A DNA stretch of 63,822 bases, counting the filler, from Octopus bimaculoides (lineage: Eukaryota): assembly GCF_001194135.2 (NCBI RefSeq). It is 4 parts of 4 records of this genome, joined end to end, with 100 filler letters (N's around TTAATTAATTAA, not from the genome) between each part and the next. Parts side by side here need not be neighbours in the genome. Positions count along the whole stretch, not along the records: positions 30,424 to 50,695 come from NC_068998.1; positions 50,796 to 61,765 come from NC_068989.1; 2 more parts are not named here. One strand, given 5' to 3'. Under the pieces are notes generated by a model. The model was not told where the DNA came from, searched no databases, and saw nothing but the letters and a program-made list of their open reading frames with translations. Positions 38,410 to 53,464 of the stretch are shown one piece after another (the first letter of the stretch is position 1; every line of letters starts with the position of its first letter). Made by a program: the position numbers and the translations under genes.

Positions 38410-40544
38410 NNNNNNNNNNNNNNNNNNNNNNNNNNNNNNNNNNNNNNNNNNNNNNNNNNNNNNNNNNNNNNNNNNNNNNNNNNNNNNNNNNNNNNNNNNN
38501 NNNNNNNNNNNNNNNNNNNNNNNNNNNNNNNNNNNNNNNNNNNNNNNNNNNNNNNNNNNNNNNNNNNNNNNNNNNNNNNNNNNNNNNNNNNNNNNNNNNN
38601 NNNNNNNNNNNNNNNNNNNNNNNNNNNNNNNNNNNNNNNNNNNNNNNNNNNNNNNNNNNNNNNNNNNNNNNNNNNNNNNNNNNNNNNNNNNNNNNNNNNN
38701 NNNNNNNNNNNNNNNNNNNNNNNNNNNNNNNNNNNNNNNNNNNNNNNNNNNNNNNNNNNNNNNNNNNNNNNNNNNNNNNNNNNNNNNNNNNNNNNNNNNN
38801 NNNNNNNNNNNNNNNNNNNNNNNNNNNNNNNNNNNNNNNNNNNNNNNNNNNNNNNNNNNNNNNNNNNNNNNNNNNNNNNNNNNNNNNNNNNNNNNNNNNN
38901 NNNNNNNNNNNNNNNNNNNNNNNNNNNNNNNNNNNNNNNNNNNNNNNNNNNNNNNNNNNNNNNNNNNNNNNNNNNNNNNNNNNNNNNNNNNNNNNNNNNN
39001 NNNNNNNNNNNNNNNNNNNNNNNNNNNNNNNNNNNNNNNNNNNNNNNNNNNNNNNNNNNNNNNNNNNNNNNNNNNNNNNNNNNNNNNNNNNNNNNNNNNN
39101 NNNNNNNNNNNNNNNNNNATATATATATATAAAGTCAGTGACAAAATATAAATATAGTGCTTATTAACTTCTAGTTTATCTGAGTTGTTTATTTTTCTTT
39201 TAACAAAAAATGTCTTTAGTTTAAAAAAAGGAACGCCATATTAGTTTTTTGTTTAGAGTTCTTAAAAAAATCCCCTAAATAGTTCAGAGAAAGAAAATAA
39301 GTGTAAATATAACAATTTAATTGTAAATGTTAATATGTTTACATAAACGTATAAAGACGTGTTTAAACACAAGTGTTTGTGAGTGTGTAGGTGTGTGTAT
39401 GTGTGTATATATATGCATATGTATGGAAACAAATTTAAATATAGAAGGCAACATATATGTTTAAATATAAATATTAACATTAATATATAAACACAAATAT
39501 CATTATATATATATATACATATATATAAAAGATAAAATAAATGCATATTTAAATATAAATATAAACATTAATTTAAATATATAAAAAATATAAATTAGAA
39601 AATTGTAAACGTAAATTTTAATGTAGAAAGTAAAAATTAATATTTAAATGCATATTTAAATATATCGATACAAATTTGACTCTAAAAAAAAAACAGATTT
39701 AATTATTAAATTTAAATAGAAATTCTGGCGGACGTAGATATCAAATTTCAGCTGTAAGTGTAAAAGCTACACTTCAAATATATAATAAAAGAAATTTATA
39801 TATGTGTATATATGTGTGTGTGTATGTGAATGTGTGCGCGCGCATGCGTGCTTGTATGTGCATGCATATGCATTAATTTACATATAGATGTTAAAATAAA
39901 TATATAAATACAAGATTAATTATAAAAGCTTTATAAATACGATTTTTAATCTATCAAGTATAAATGTGAACATACATAAATATGTATATGTGTAAATATA
40001 CGTATATATATAGATATGTATGTATATATATATGTATGTATGTATGTATATATATGTATGTATGTATATATATATGTATGTATATATCTATGTATGTATG
40101 TATATATATATATATATATAGCTATTTGCATACATGTATATATATGTATATATATTTATATATGTTTGTATATGTATGTACATATGTATACGTATGCATG
40201 TGTATGTATACATATATATNNNNNNNNNNNNNNNNNNNNNNNNNNNNNNNNNNNNNNNNNNNNNNNNNNNNNNNNNNNNNNNNNNNNNNNNNNNNNNNNN
40301 NNNNNNNNNNNNNNNNNNNNNNNNNNNNNNNNNNNNNNNNNNNNNNNNNNNNNNNNNNNNNNNNNNNNNNNNNNNNNNNATATATATATATTCATGTCTA
40401 TGTATACCTATATATGCATCCATATATATATGTCCCTGTGTCTCGCTATATAGAAGTTTGTGTATGTTTATATATGTACATTCATGCATACATGCTTACG
40501 GCCATATGTACGTACGTATGTCTGTCTGTCTGTATGTATGTATG

Positions 40545-40575
<31 letters not shown>

Positions 40576-41554
40576 TGACTTACCATTTCATTCTTAATAT
40601 GTTCAGGCTAATTCGAACGTGAATATCTATAGTCCCCGTTTGTCACATATTTTATTACTATAACCTGGACGTTTTCTGTCCAACAGGTACTTACTGTCCT
40701 CCATAGAGAGTGGTTCTTTCCCATTGGAGCAGTGGAAAAGTGCAGGGGAGAGAGCATTGAAGAAAAGTGGGACGATAATGGGATGGCCCAAAAGTGGGGG
40801 GGGCGATGTTTGTAACAAAAAACAACAACAAAATAATGGGTTAATTAGGTTAAGTTTCATTTGTGAAATACAATTGTTTTGAATTTGTTGCAGAAAGTGG
40901 TCTATGTTTGTGGTAGTGATTGGCGAAGAGGGGGGGGTAGGAATATGGCCTGGGTGCCAAGGGGACAGCAACCTTAAAAAGTTTGGGTATCATTGCTCTA
41001 TAGTGTAGAGCTCTCAACGTTCTCAATCACATAAATTGTGAAATATGATGTCGTATTTGTGCCTTGCTATAATGAATTACCAAACATGATATCCTTGTTT
41101 TACTGATATATAAAACTACGATACATAACAATGATATCGTTATGTGATGCTGATATAGAAATTACCGATATCATCGCTGTGATGGCGCTATGCAGTAATG
41201 GTATCAATGTATAAAACATAATGATATCGTTTGTTTGTTCTTTTATATCATAGTCATAACAATTATGAAATGTATCGTTTTAATGTCTCATGTAAAGATA
41301 ACGTGTTCGTCATATAAAGAGACAGATGATATCGCTATTATACAGGAGTAGTGGAGGTGGTGATGGCGGCAGTGGAAATGGTCTTAGTGGTGGTGGCGGT
41401 GGTGGCGGTGGTGGTGGTTGTGGTGGTGGTGGTTGTGGGTGGTGGTAAGTGCAGAATGAACAACGAGTATCAGAACGATGACATACATGTTCATTCTTAA
41501 CACGTTCTGGCAGATTCGAACGTGAATGGACTAATCGCTGTTCTTTCGTCATAG

Positions 41555-41612
41555 GAAAACAACTTCTCACTTCAGACTAATTTGTGTTCATGACACACTC
41601 GAAGTCATTAGC
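41555..41612 (+). CDS. Candidate internal coding exon B (58 nt, phase 2 to 0): (W)KTTSHFRLICVHDTLEVIS
   Basis: Branch-point-like ACTAAT at 41530-41535, acceptor ctgttctttcgtcatAG, donor AGC|GTAAGG. The only open frame is phase-compatible with exons A and C. Confidence 0.28.
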
Positions 41613-42131
41613 GTAAGGAAACTTTGGAGCACCTGGTGTTTTCCGCCTCGTTGCGTCTCCTCGATAGATGTGGCTCCATCAATTGACATTGTTACTGATG
41701 AGAAACAAATTAGCTTTGAAACCGGTTAGGTGAATATATTTTTTTCTGTTTACGGAACGAACGAAATAAAGAAAACAAACACGTTTGTTTACAATTTTCA
41801 TAATTTAATGATAGTACGTGTATGCTGTGACAAATTGGTGTATTAAAAACGCTCTCGCGCCAGAAGTGACAGCGAGAGTGACAAATGCACATTTCACCGT
41901 TGATGCGGTTTGTCAGCATCACGGACTAACAACGAAATGCATTTCTGTCGTTCCCGCGGTCAATTCTGTAGCGATTTCATTTGGGCTACCAATAGAATAT
42001 CTGTGTGTGTATGTATGTATGTATGTATGTATGTATGTATGTATGTATGTATGTATGCATGTATTACTCTACCTCCGGCATTCGAGTACTATATTTTTCT
42101 ACCTTGTTTTACATTTATGTGCTTACTTTGG

Positions 42132-42186
<55 letters not shown>

Positions 42187-43159
42187 TAATAATAAAGTCG
42201 TCTTCTCGAGTTATACTGACTCATAAGGGCTGGTTTCTCGATTTCCACATATGTTGCTGTGATGGAATTATTTAGTAGATGCCTCTTACAGGACTAATGC
42301 TGTTTCTTTTTCCCCCTGAGTTTGACTCTGTCTGTGTGCGTGTATATATATATATATATCTATCTCTCTTACTCTCTTCCTCAGTGAGTGTGTGTGTGTG
42401 TGTGTGTGTGTATGCGCGTGCGAATATGTATGCATACATTTACATACTTGAAGTGATCAAAAAATTTCTAAAGTATATATACGCTCATGATTACATACAT
42501 GCATGCATATACATAATACATATTTATACATAAGTACATACTTATACATACATATAGATACACACACACACNNNNNNNNNNGTGTGTGTGTGTGAGAGAG
42601 AGAGAGAGAGTATGTGTGTATAAATATGTACATATGTATATTTGCATGTATGTATATACATATATATATATATCTATATGATATATGTATACATATGTAT
42701 ATATATGTATATATATATTGATATAATATATATACATATGTATATATACATGTGTGTATATATATATATATATATATGGGTGTGTGTGTGTGTATGTATA
42801 TGTGCGTGTGTGTTCGTTTATTGAAGATTTCACATATATTCTCATATATTCTTACAACTTATAGTTTTCGTTATCGATTCACTCATATCGTATGATTTAC
42901 GTTCATTTTTTTAATTGTTGTATTTTGAGATTTTTTAAAATTAATTTTTCTCTTTCGTTTCTTTTCTCTCATTTCATTTACTTAAAACCTCATTTTTCTG
43001 TTCTTTTGATATTTTGAGGATTTATTTACAGTTGTGTTGTTGTTATTGTTGTTGTTGTTTTTTCTTTCGACTCGTCTCCTCGATGTCTTGGGCCCTTGTA
43101 GCCAATAAAACAAATCATTTTTGTTTGTATTATAATAAATAATATTATAACTAATAATG

Positions 43160-43215
<56 letters not shown>

Positions 43216-44652
43216 NNNNNNNNNNNNNNNNNNNNNNNNNNNNNNNNNNNNNNNNNNNNNNNNNNNNNNNNNNNNNNNNNNNNNNNNNNNNNNNNNNNNN
43301 NNNNNNNNNNNNNNNNNNNNNNNNNNNNNNNNNNNNNNNNNNNNNNNNNNNNNNNNNNNNNNNNNNNNNNNNNNNNNNNNNNNNNNNNNNNNNNNNNNNN
43401 NNNNNNNNNNNNNNNNNNNNNNNNNNNNNNNNNNNNNNNNNNNNNNNNNNNNNNNNNNNNNNNNNNNNNNNNNNNNNNNNNNNNNNNNNNNNNNNNNNNN
43501 NNNNNNNNNNNNNNNNNNNNNNNNNNNNNNNNNNNNNNNNNNNNNNNNNNNNNNNNNNNNNNNNNNNNNNNNNNNNNNNNNNNNNNNNNNNNNNNNNNNN
43601 NNNNNNNNNNNNNNNNNNNNNNNNNNNNNNNNNNNNNNNNNNNNNNNNNNNNNNNNNNNNNNNNNNNNNNNNNNNNNNNNNNNNNNNNNNNNNNNNNNNN
43701 NNNNNNNNNNNNNNNNNNNNNNNNNNNNNNNNNNNNNNNNNNNNNNNNNNNNNNNNNNNNNNNNNNNNNNNNNNNNNNNNNNNNNNNNNNNNNNNNNNNN
43801 NNNNNNNNNNNNNNNNNNNNNNNNNNNNNNNNNNNNNNNNNNNNNNNNNNNNNNNNNNNNNNNNNNNNNNNNNNNNNNNNNNNNNNNNNNNNNNNNNNNN
43901 NNNNNNNNNNNNNNNNNNNNNNNNNNNNNNNNNNNNNNNNNNNNNNNNNNNNNNNNNNNNNNNNNNNNNNNNNNNNNNNNNNNNNNNNNNNNNNNNNNNN
44001 NNNNNNNNNNNNNNNNNNNNNNNNNNNNNNNNNNNNNNNNNNNNNNNNNNNNNNNNNNNNNNNNNNNNNNNNNNNNNNNNNNNNNNNNNNNNNNTATACA
44101 TATATACATATATATATATTTATATATATATTTTGAATATATACAAACTAACATATAAAACAGAGATAGACAGATGATACACATTATATATCATATATGT
44201 GTTTATATAGATAGAGAGGTAGATTGATAGACAGGTATACAGACAGGTAGATAAATTGACATTTCCATCGATAAAAGACGATGTTATTCCTATGTGAGTG
44301 AGGTGTGATACAAGTCAGAATTCTTGCTATCTCCCTGCGCTATTTTTTGTTTTGATTTTTGGTCGATCATTTACGGAACTGATAGAGATCTCTTCCTCTT
44401 TAAAAGTGCTGTCGACTTTGGGAATCATCGGAAGAACACCTCATTGGCATCGCTGTGTTTTATCTTTATCACCTTGTTAGGATTCTGTGAGAGGGACGAG
44501 GAGGAGAAGGAGGAGGAGGAAGAAGAAAAAAAGAATCGGAGGTAATAGGGGCGAAGTAGTTCGGTATTTGAAGAGGGAAGGTTGTAAGAATTTTGATGTA
44601 GGGAGATTTACAAGAACGATAACAGATCAGCCAGATTCTCCTCACCTGTATA

Positions 44653-44708
<56 letters not shown>

Positions 44709-45854
44709 CGCGCGTGCACACAGAAACAGATAGGTACATGTATGTAGTTATATATATATATATACATGTATATGTACACACACACACACACATGCACGTA
44801 TCCATACACAAGCTGAANNNNNNNNNNNNNNNNNNNNNNNNNNNNNNNNNNNNNNNNNNNNNNNNNNNNNNNNNNNNNNNNNNNNNNNNNNNNNNNNNNN
44901 NNNNNNNNNNNNNNNNNNNNNNNNNNNNNNNNNNNNNNNNNNNNNNNNNNNNNNNNNNNNNNNNNNNNNNNNNNNNNNNNNNNNNNNNNNNNNNNNNNNN
45001 NNNNNNNNNNNNNNNNNNNNNNNNNNNNNNNNNNNNNNNNNNNNNNNNNNNNNNNNNNNNNNNNNNNNNNNNNNNNNNNNNNNNNNNNNNNNNNNNNNNN
45101 NNNNNNNNNNNNNNNNNNNNNNNNNNNNNNNNNNNNNNNNNNNNNNNNNNNNNNNNNNNNNNNNNNNNNNNNNNNNNNNNNNNNNNNNNNNNNNNNNNNN
45201 NNNNNNNNNNNNNNNNNNNNNNNNNNNNNNNNNNNNNNNNNNNNNNNNNNNNNNNNNNNNNNNNNNNNNNNNNNNNNNNNNNNNNNNNNNNNNNNNNNNN
45301 NNNNNNNNNNNNNNNNNNNNNNNNNNNNNNNNNNNNNNNNNNNNNNNNNNNNNNNNNNNNNNNNNNNNNNNNNNNNNNNNNNNNNNNNNNNNNNNNNNNN
45401 NNNNNNNNNNNNNNNNNNNNNNNNNNNNNNNNNNNNNNNNNNNNNNNNNNNNNNNNNNNNNNNNNNNNNNNNNNNNNNNNNNNNNNNNNNNNNNNNNNNN
45501 NNNNNNNNNNNNNNNNNNNNNNNNNNNNNNNNNNNNNNATAAATAATATAAGTGCGTCTTATATGTATATATATATATGCATGTATATACGTGTGTGTGT
45601 ATGCATGTGTGTGTATATATTTTCACATACACATCTACACATACGTAATAATATATATACACATTTACATACACTCGGTTAGTTATACAGGGAATATAAC
45701 TGACCCGTAATTAAGAGACTGGTATGGTTAATGTATAAAACATCCATCACTCGTCAATATTTGACGCTACTCAAAGAATAACGGTGATTAACCAACCATA
45801 TTGTCAGTTGTGTTGTATTGTTCCAGATCTTAGGCAACCAGTGTTATCATCATC

Positions 45855-45886
<32 letters not shown>

Positions 45887-46344
45887 CATCCTCTTCAACA
45901 TCATCATCATCATGATCAGGATTATCACCACCACCATCATTTACAGCAGGAACACCATCATCATCATCATCATCACCATTCTACCTCTGTCGCCACTATC
46001 ACAGTAGTACATCAGTCTCAGTCTAAAAGCGTCGAGGACTTGAGGGTCCATCATTAGCCACGATGATATCCTAAAAATTCATCATAGCGTCCTCCACTAG
46101 AGCGTGTGCGCGTGGCCCTTTCGTGGTGCGGGGCCCAATTTGAACAAAATCTATGTCATTGATTTAAAACCGGTCCTGGCTCTGTGTACATCCGGGTACC
46201 ACAAAAGCGTCCACACTATATGTTTTCTCTACATATCTTGAAAGAGGTAACGATGGAAGGCACTAAAGGCTAGAAATGACAACCAATCCGTCTTCAAATC
46301 GCACCTTATTAGTTTAGAGATAGAAGGGTAATATGCTGATTTGA

Positions 46345-46534
46345 AAATTTTGGCACAGCAACCTCGGGGGAGGGGTTACGTCGATTGCATAGACCCCAGT
46401 GGTACTTGTTTTATCGACCCTGAAAGGATGAATGGCAAAGTCGACTTCGGCGGAATTTGAACTCAGAACCTAAAGCCGGACGAAATACGGCTAAGCATTG
46501 CGCCCTGTGTGCTAACGATTCTGCCAGCTTCCCC
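46345..46534 (-). mobile_element. SINE family A, full length
   Basis: gaccccagtggtacttgttttatcgaccctgaaaggatgaatggcaaagtcgacttcggcggaatttgaactcag...gctaacgattctgccagct. Confidence 0.88.
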
Positions 46535-47769
46535 CCTCCCCGCGCCTTGGAGGAGGGGGAGCGTGACGTTGGATAAGGAAATAGTTTATTGAAAGACCTT
46601 TCAAGTGAATGAAGGAAGGAAAGAATGAGAAAGAAATGAAGGAAGGAAGAAAGGACAGAAGGAAGGAAGGAAGGAAGGAAGGAAGTTAGCGGGGAAGGAA
46701 AAAAATCTGAAAAATAAGAGTGACATGAATTATTGAAATGAATGAAATATTGTAGAGGAAGGAACGATTTCAAACAACAAGAATAGCCATCATCATCATC
46801 ATCATCATCATCAGCATCATCATCAGCATCATCATCAGAGGCAACAGCAGCAGCAGCAACATTTGCAGCACTGGCAGCAGATTTAACTGTTGTTTCTAGC
46901 CCTACATGAAGGATCACAGACCGGTGTGGCTGTGTGGTATAGTGATTGTCGTGTGGGGGGTGTGGTGTGCCGTAGTGTAAGCGGTGAGGTGTGGAGCGGA
47001 GCGTTGCGGCAGTTGTGTGGCGACGGAGAAGTTTTGACAGTGATAAGTGGTGATTATTAACAGCATTTCAACCGTTTAAAACATTTTAAATAAAACACCN
47101 NNNNNNNNNNNNNNNNNNNNNNNNNNNNNNNNNNNNNNNNNNNNNNNNNNNNNNNNNNNNNNNNNNNNNNNNNNNNNNNNNNNNNNNNNNNNNNNNNNNN
47201 NNNNNNNNNNNNNNNNNNNNNNNNNNNNNNNNNNNNNNNNNNNNNNNNNNNNNNNNNNNNNNNNNNNNNNNNNNNNNNNNNNNNNNNNNNNNNNNNNNNN
47301 NNNNNNNNNNNNNNNNNNNNNNNNNNNNNNNNNNNNNNNNNNNNNNNNNNNNNNNNNNNNNNNNNNNNNNNGGTGGAGGCGGTGGAGGAGGTGGGTGTTA
47401 AGGTGGTGGTGATGGTGGTGGTGGTGGTGGTGGTGATGATGATGATGATGGTGGTTTTGGTGATGGCGGTGATGATAATGATGATGATGATGATGATGAA
47501 AACAACGACGACGACGATGATGATGATGACAGAAGGATTAGGCTCTATAATGTGAAACTGGTTGATCGGAAATTAAGTTTGAACGCAAAAATCTGTGCGC
47601 GCGCGTGCGTGTGTGCAATCGTTACTAGCGACGGAAAGAGTATTAGTTCAAATCAGCATCCTGTATACCATACTTAATGCATATATTCTCTGGAAAACCT
47701 GGAAACTGCGGTATTTGTCTCGTGGAAGCATCTCCAATAAATGTGTAGAGTTAAAAATACAGAAACACA

Positions 47770-47818
<49 letters not shown>

Positions 47819-48062
47819 CACACACATACGCTTGTGTACAGATAGACAGACAGACAAACATACAGACATATATATAAACCTACATACATACATGCATACA
47901 TGCATACATATTTGTGTGCTTATGTGTGTGTATGTTTGTGTATATGTTTGTGCATGTCTGTGTGTATGTGTGTGTGTGTTTAAAAGACATCAAATTTAAA
48001 CCATCGCCTGCGTTTCCTGTAAAGTGTACATACATACATACATATATGCATATATAAATATG

Positions 48063-48094
<32 letters not shown>

Positions 48095-49525
48095 NNNNNN
48101 NNNNNNNNNNNNNNNNNNNNNNNNNNNNNNNNNNNNNNNNNNNNNNNNNNNNNNNNNNNNNNNNNNNNNNNNNNNNNNNNNNNNNNNNNNNNNNNNNNNN
48201 NNNNNNNNNNNNNNNNNNNNNNNNNNNNNNNNNNNNNNNNNNNNNNNNNNNNNNNNNNNNNNNNNNNNNNNNNNNNNNNNNNNNNNNNNNNNNNNNNNNN
48301 NNNNNNNNNNNNNNNNNNNNNNNNNNNNNNNNNNNNNNNNNNNNNNNNNNNNNNNNNNNNNNNNNNNNNNNNNNNNNNNNNNNNNNNNNNNNNNNNNNNN
48401 NNNNNNNNNNNNNNNNNNNNNNNNNNNNNNNNNNNNNNNNNNNNNNNNNNNNNNNNNNNNNNNNNNNNNNNNNNNNNNNNNNNNNNNNNNNNNNNNNNNN
48501 NNNNNNNNNNNNNNNNNNNNNNNNNNNNNNNNNNNNNNNNNNNNNNNNNNNNNNNNNNNNNNNNNNNNNNNNNNNNNNNNNNNNNNNNNNNNNNNNNNNN
48601 NNNNNNNNNNNNNNNNNNNNNNNNNNNNNNNNNNNNNNNNNNNNNNNNNNNNNNNNNNNNNNNNNNNNNNNNNNNNNNNNNNNNNNNNNNNNNNNNNNNN
48701 NNNNNNNNNNNNNNNNNNNNNNNNNNNNNNNNNNNNNNNNNNNNNNNNNNNNNNNNNNNNNNNNNNNNNNNNNNNNNNNNNNNNNNNNNNNNNNNNNNNN
48801 NNNNNNNNNNNNNNNNNNNNNNNNNNNNNNNNNNNNNNNNNNNNNNNNNNNNNNNNNNATATATATATATATATACACATATATAAGCATAAACATACAT
48901 CATACACATATTCATAAATAGGCATATATTCACATATACATACATGTACATTCACACACACACGCACACACAGACACAGACACAGGCACACACATACATA
49001 CGCAGACGCATACAGGGAGGCTCGCATATATATACATATACACGCATAAATGTTCTAATATTTTTACGTACAGGTTCTTAGATATTAACAGATACATTTA
49101 CAGATGCTCATATACCGATAGACTCATAGACACGCGCACACTCACACACACATACACGCACTCACATACATACAGATAAACACACAGATACGCTCATATA
49201 CATACTCACAAATATGAACACATACAAACATATAGAACCAAATATACAAATACACACATGAACGTATGTACAATAGAACGTGTAGCTATATATGTGTAGG
49301 TACATGTGTATATACACATGAAAGTAGTGGTGATGGTGGTGGTGATGGTGCTGGTAATGGTGCTGGTGCTGGTGGTGACCATTATATGGATGAGGATGTT
49401 GTGGTAACGATTAGCGATGATAATGATGATGATGGTGATGATGAAGGGGAGGTGGAGGAGGGAGCACTAGTACCTATATTTCGTCCCGCACACAATTAGG
49501 GATTATACTATATATATATATATAT

Positions 49526-49690
49526 GAGTGGCTGTGTGGTAAGAAGCTTGCTTCCCAAGTGCATGGTTCCGGGTTCAGTCCCACTGCCTGACACCTTGGG
49601 CAAGTGTCTTCTACTATAGCAACGGGCCGACCAAAGCTCTGTGAGTGGATTTGGTAGACGGAAACTGAAAGAAGCCAATCGTATATATAT
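49526..49690 (+). mobile_element. SINE family B head + CORE-like segment, truncated at the internal TA microsatellite
   Basis: A box tggctgtgtggt, B box gggttcagtccc, CORE-like ccttgggcaagtgtcttctactatagc, then gaaagaagccaatcgtatatatat. Confidence 0.88.
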
Positions 49691-50031
49691 CATAACTAAC
49701 TAAAAATAGACTGAATAAGAGGTGAATCACGACAACTAATAGTAGTAACAGTATGTCTAACTTCATTTCTAAAGAAATTATCTGATCCTTCCCTCGTTTT
49801 TGACAAGCTAAAAAGTGCTAATATCTTCGACTGGGGGTTTCCCTCATTTTTACATTTCCCCGACTTCTTTCCTCTCTGATGACGGTATACTCATCTTATG
49901 GAGTCCTTACTCAATATGACGAGCCACGTGCTTGACTATTCTAGAAAAATCTGTAAGAGACTCTCTATGTTTATATTCTCTATCTAAATTAAATGTCCTT
50001 TTCAAGCGATGCCAAACGTCTTTACTTTAAA

Positions 50032-50111
<80 letters not shown>

Positions 50112-50695
50112 CTATCTATCTCTACGCGCGTGCATACATACATACATGTATGCATATATATATATATGTTTGTGCATGTGTGTAGGTAATGTGTGTTTGT
50201 AGATAGGTAGAAATACGTTATCAAATTAGTTGTTTCTTTGTGTTTGCGTGATGAGGGAGATTCAGCTTCTATTTCTATTAGATCATACAACCCCGTAAAG
50301 ACTCCATTTGTCTGGCAATGTATCTGTCTGGTCAGTCTTCCAGAACAAACTCCTCTTTAAGCAAAGAACAAACAATGAAACACCGTAGATTTAATGGCGT
50401 AATAACGTGTGTGTTAGGAACATATTATTTATCAATAAAACAGACGATAAAAACACTGGAACGTTGCCATTAGATAATATTTGTCAAGAATTATTGAGTT
50501 TAGGTTTTTATAAACAGAAGACAAACCGTCTAAATGTCTACGATGTATTCTTGTTAACAAGATTATCATTTACCTGGCTATTAATCTTTACTTCACGGTG
50601 CACGTATACATACATACATACACAGTATATTTTATGTATATATAAATCTAATATATATATATTTATATATATATATGCATATATATATATATATA

Positions 50696-50795
50696 NNNNN
50701 NNNNNNNNNNNNNNNNNNNNNNNNNNNNNNNNNNNNNNNTTAATTAATTAANNNNNNNNNNNNNNNNNNNNNNNNNNNNNNNNNNNNNNNNNNNN
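50696..50795. other. Synthetic scaffold-join spacer 44N-TTAATTAATTAA-44N
   Basis: Same 100-bp structure as 30324-30423. Confidence 0.95.
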
Positions 50796-51024
50796 AGAAG
50801 ACCAGCAAGGCGCAGCGTCACTGTGCGGTAAGAAGTTTATTTACCAGTCATGGTTCCAGGTTCAGTCCCACTTCTATCATAACCCAGGTCCTGAGTAACA
50901 AGCTACAATTTCATAAAAACCTCTGGTTGGGGGTATGATGCAAATGCATCGTGTTACTCAGGTACTTAGTTATGCATCCACTGCACTTCATAGTGAAAAC
51001 ATCTGTAAGCTAGCGAAGTTCATA

Positions 51025-51604
51025 TGATAATCGTCTATGGTGACGAATTTTGCCGACATTTATCACACAGATAAATAGTCCGTTAAAATGGAATGTATTG
51101 ATCCTGTGCTTATTCCCACTTTGTAAGCAATTTCCTTGATTGTTATACGACGACCTTCATTGACTATTCGCTGAACCTTCTCAAAACCCTTCTTGCTTCG
51201 GCTTGTGGACTGCCTGTCTTAGCGTGCTTTCCTCTCCACCCCTGAAGTGAAGCTATATTTGAAGCGGTTGTACCACTTCTTTATGTAATTTTTGCCTACG
51301 GTATCATCGCCAAGCGTCTAAAGAATATTCTGGGGCATTTGAGCTTGAATATCAATGAGCCTGTAACAAAACTTGATGGAATATCTCTGCTCCAGGCGTT
51401 CTGCGAAAACGAAACTCCGACGAGCGTGCACTTCACGTCTGTACTGTACGCGTAACGGCCGGCAAACAACGCGGTCTGCCAGCGCGCAAAGTTTCATATA
51501 TGCGCAGAAAGTATTGAGTTACCGCTTACCCAAAGGATTTTACACACGCACCATTAGTTATTTGGAGGAAAATAAAGTCAGATGCTTTTTGAAGGCACAT
51601 CGTA
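51025..51604 (-). mobile_element. Mariner element, 5' terminal inverted repeat and degenerate transposase N-terminus
   Basis: Reverse complement begins tatacgatgtgccttcaaaaagcatctgact (mariner-type terminal repeat). Translation includes IKKWYNRFK...VQRIVNEGRRITIKEIAYKVGISTGSIHSILTD. Confidence 0.82.
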
Positions 51605-51661
51605 TATACCTATTAATATACAATATATATGCGAGTGCTTGTATGTGTATATAACTACCTT

Positions 51662-51740
<79 letters not shown>

Positions 51741-51970
51741 NNNNNNNNNNNNNNNNNNNNNNNNNNNNNNNNNNNNNNNNNNNNNNNNNNNNNNNNNNNN
51801 NNNNNNNNNNNNNNNNNNNNNNNNNNNNNNNNNNNNNNNNNNNNNNNNNNNNNNNNNNNNNNNNNNNNNNNNNNNNNNNNNNNNNNNNNNNNNNNNNNNN
51901 NNNNNNNNNNNNNNNNNNNNNNNNNNNNNNNNNNNNNNNNNNNNNNNNNNNNNNNNNNNNNNNNNNNNNN

Positions 51971-52016
<46 letters not shown>

Positions 52017-52518
52017 TTTGTTTGTGAGCGTGAGCGCGTGTGTGTGGGTATATATATTCCGGAGATTAAGGTTTAGTAGAAACATGTATGTGTGTTTAGA
52101 ACGCCAACTTTTTCTTGCACCGAAAGATTTCGGAAGCGTTGTCTTCAGCCAACTATGCAAAGCCCTTTGTGATGAGGAAACAATCCGATATGCTTACACA
52201 CAATTATATCAAACTTTAGAAGCTTTATCACAAGCATGCATTGACTATTTCCTGCTTTTTGCATGAACACACAAACCATGAAATACTGCGATGAGATTTG
52301 CTTATTTTGTACCTGTGAAACATTTTTCTGATGCAAATGTGATTAAATCTGTTAACGCAAATATACGTGTTGACTTGAGTTCTCTTTCGTTTTTGTTGTA
52401 CAATAAATTGTATGTGCGCCTGTGTGGATGTATACGTACACTCACAAACGTGCGCGCACAGACACATATACATACATACATACATACACATGTAGTACGT
52501 ACAAATATACAATTTATG

Positions 52519-52555
<37 letters not shown>

Positions 52556-52808
52556 ATGAATATATATTTATATATATATATATGTATGTATTTGTGTATG
52601 TGTGTGTATTTATATATATATGTTTATGTATGCATGTACATATGTATCTGGATGTAAATATTATATCTGTTTGTACACGTAACTTTGTGCGCCTGAGAGA
52701 AAGAGACGCTGCATGCGTATATTCTATAGGTATAAATGCAAAACACATAGAATAACGCAAGTTGTGGACGATATGTTATATTGATCTATTCCAAATGTGT
52801 CAGAGAGT

Positions 52809-52847
<39 letters not shown>

Positions 52848-52850
52848 TAC

Positions 52851-52941
<91 letters not shown>

Positions 52942-53464
52942 AATAAGTTTCAATCTATGTTTGCTGATATTTTGCTTCTTACTAAATTTGTTATTTAATA
53001 TCATAAGGCGGAGCGATCAATACTACAGTTAGTATACAGATGTTTTAGACGGGAAGAATGTATTTTTGCATTTTTCGCAAATTCACTCCAAACAAGGTTC
53101 AATAAAATATACATTTTTTTAAAGACGTCAGCACCTGACATTATCAGTTAATACCTATGTTCTTTCGATTTATTTCTTTATCTCAGCGATTGCTTATTAT
53201 TATTCTGCTGAAAACACAAGAACATTTCCCTATCATATGTATAGCTCATTCAGTACATTCAACAGAGATTTGAGTTCAGATTTGATTTATGCTGTTCTAC
53301 ACCATTTTAACTGCTAATAATGGTTTCAAAAACGAAATAAAATACAACATATTCTTGATTTTTCGTTCCTGTAAATCATGCGGTGTGTAAGAGATTGCTA
53401 CTTAAAAGAGAGAATATCTAATATTTACTAGAAACTCAATGCATTGTATATGTAGTATCATTAT

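Noticed and set aside
40627-40971. Exon candidates on either strand around caacag|gtacttac
   Set aside because: Signals conflict (acceptor, donor and reverse-strand donor overlap), and no reading gives both good boundaries and a recognisable peptide.
45829-46057. Poly-His terminal exon after ttgttccAG
   Set aside because: A degenerate (CAT/CAC)n tract like many others in the window, with two frames open and no supporting donor or domain.
46085-46180. hAT-like MITE end (ggggcccaattt...taaaaccggtcctg)
   Set aside because: Only one plausible terminus and no target-site duplication, which is too little to call.
52098-52266. 55-codon open frame ERQLFLAPKDFGSVV...DYFLLFA
   Set aside because: Weak acceptor, no good donor, no recognisable homology, and a length expected by chance.
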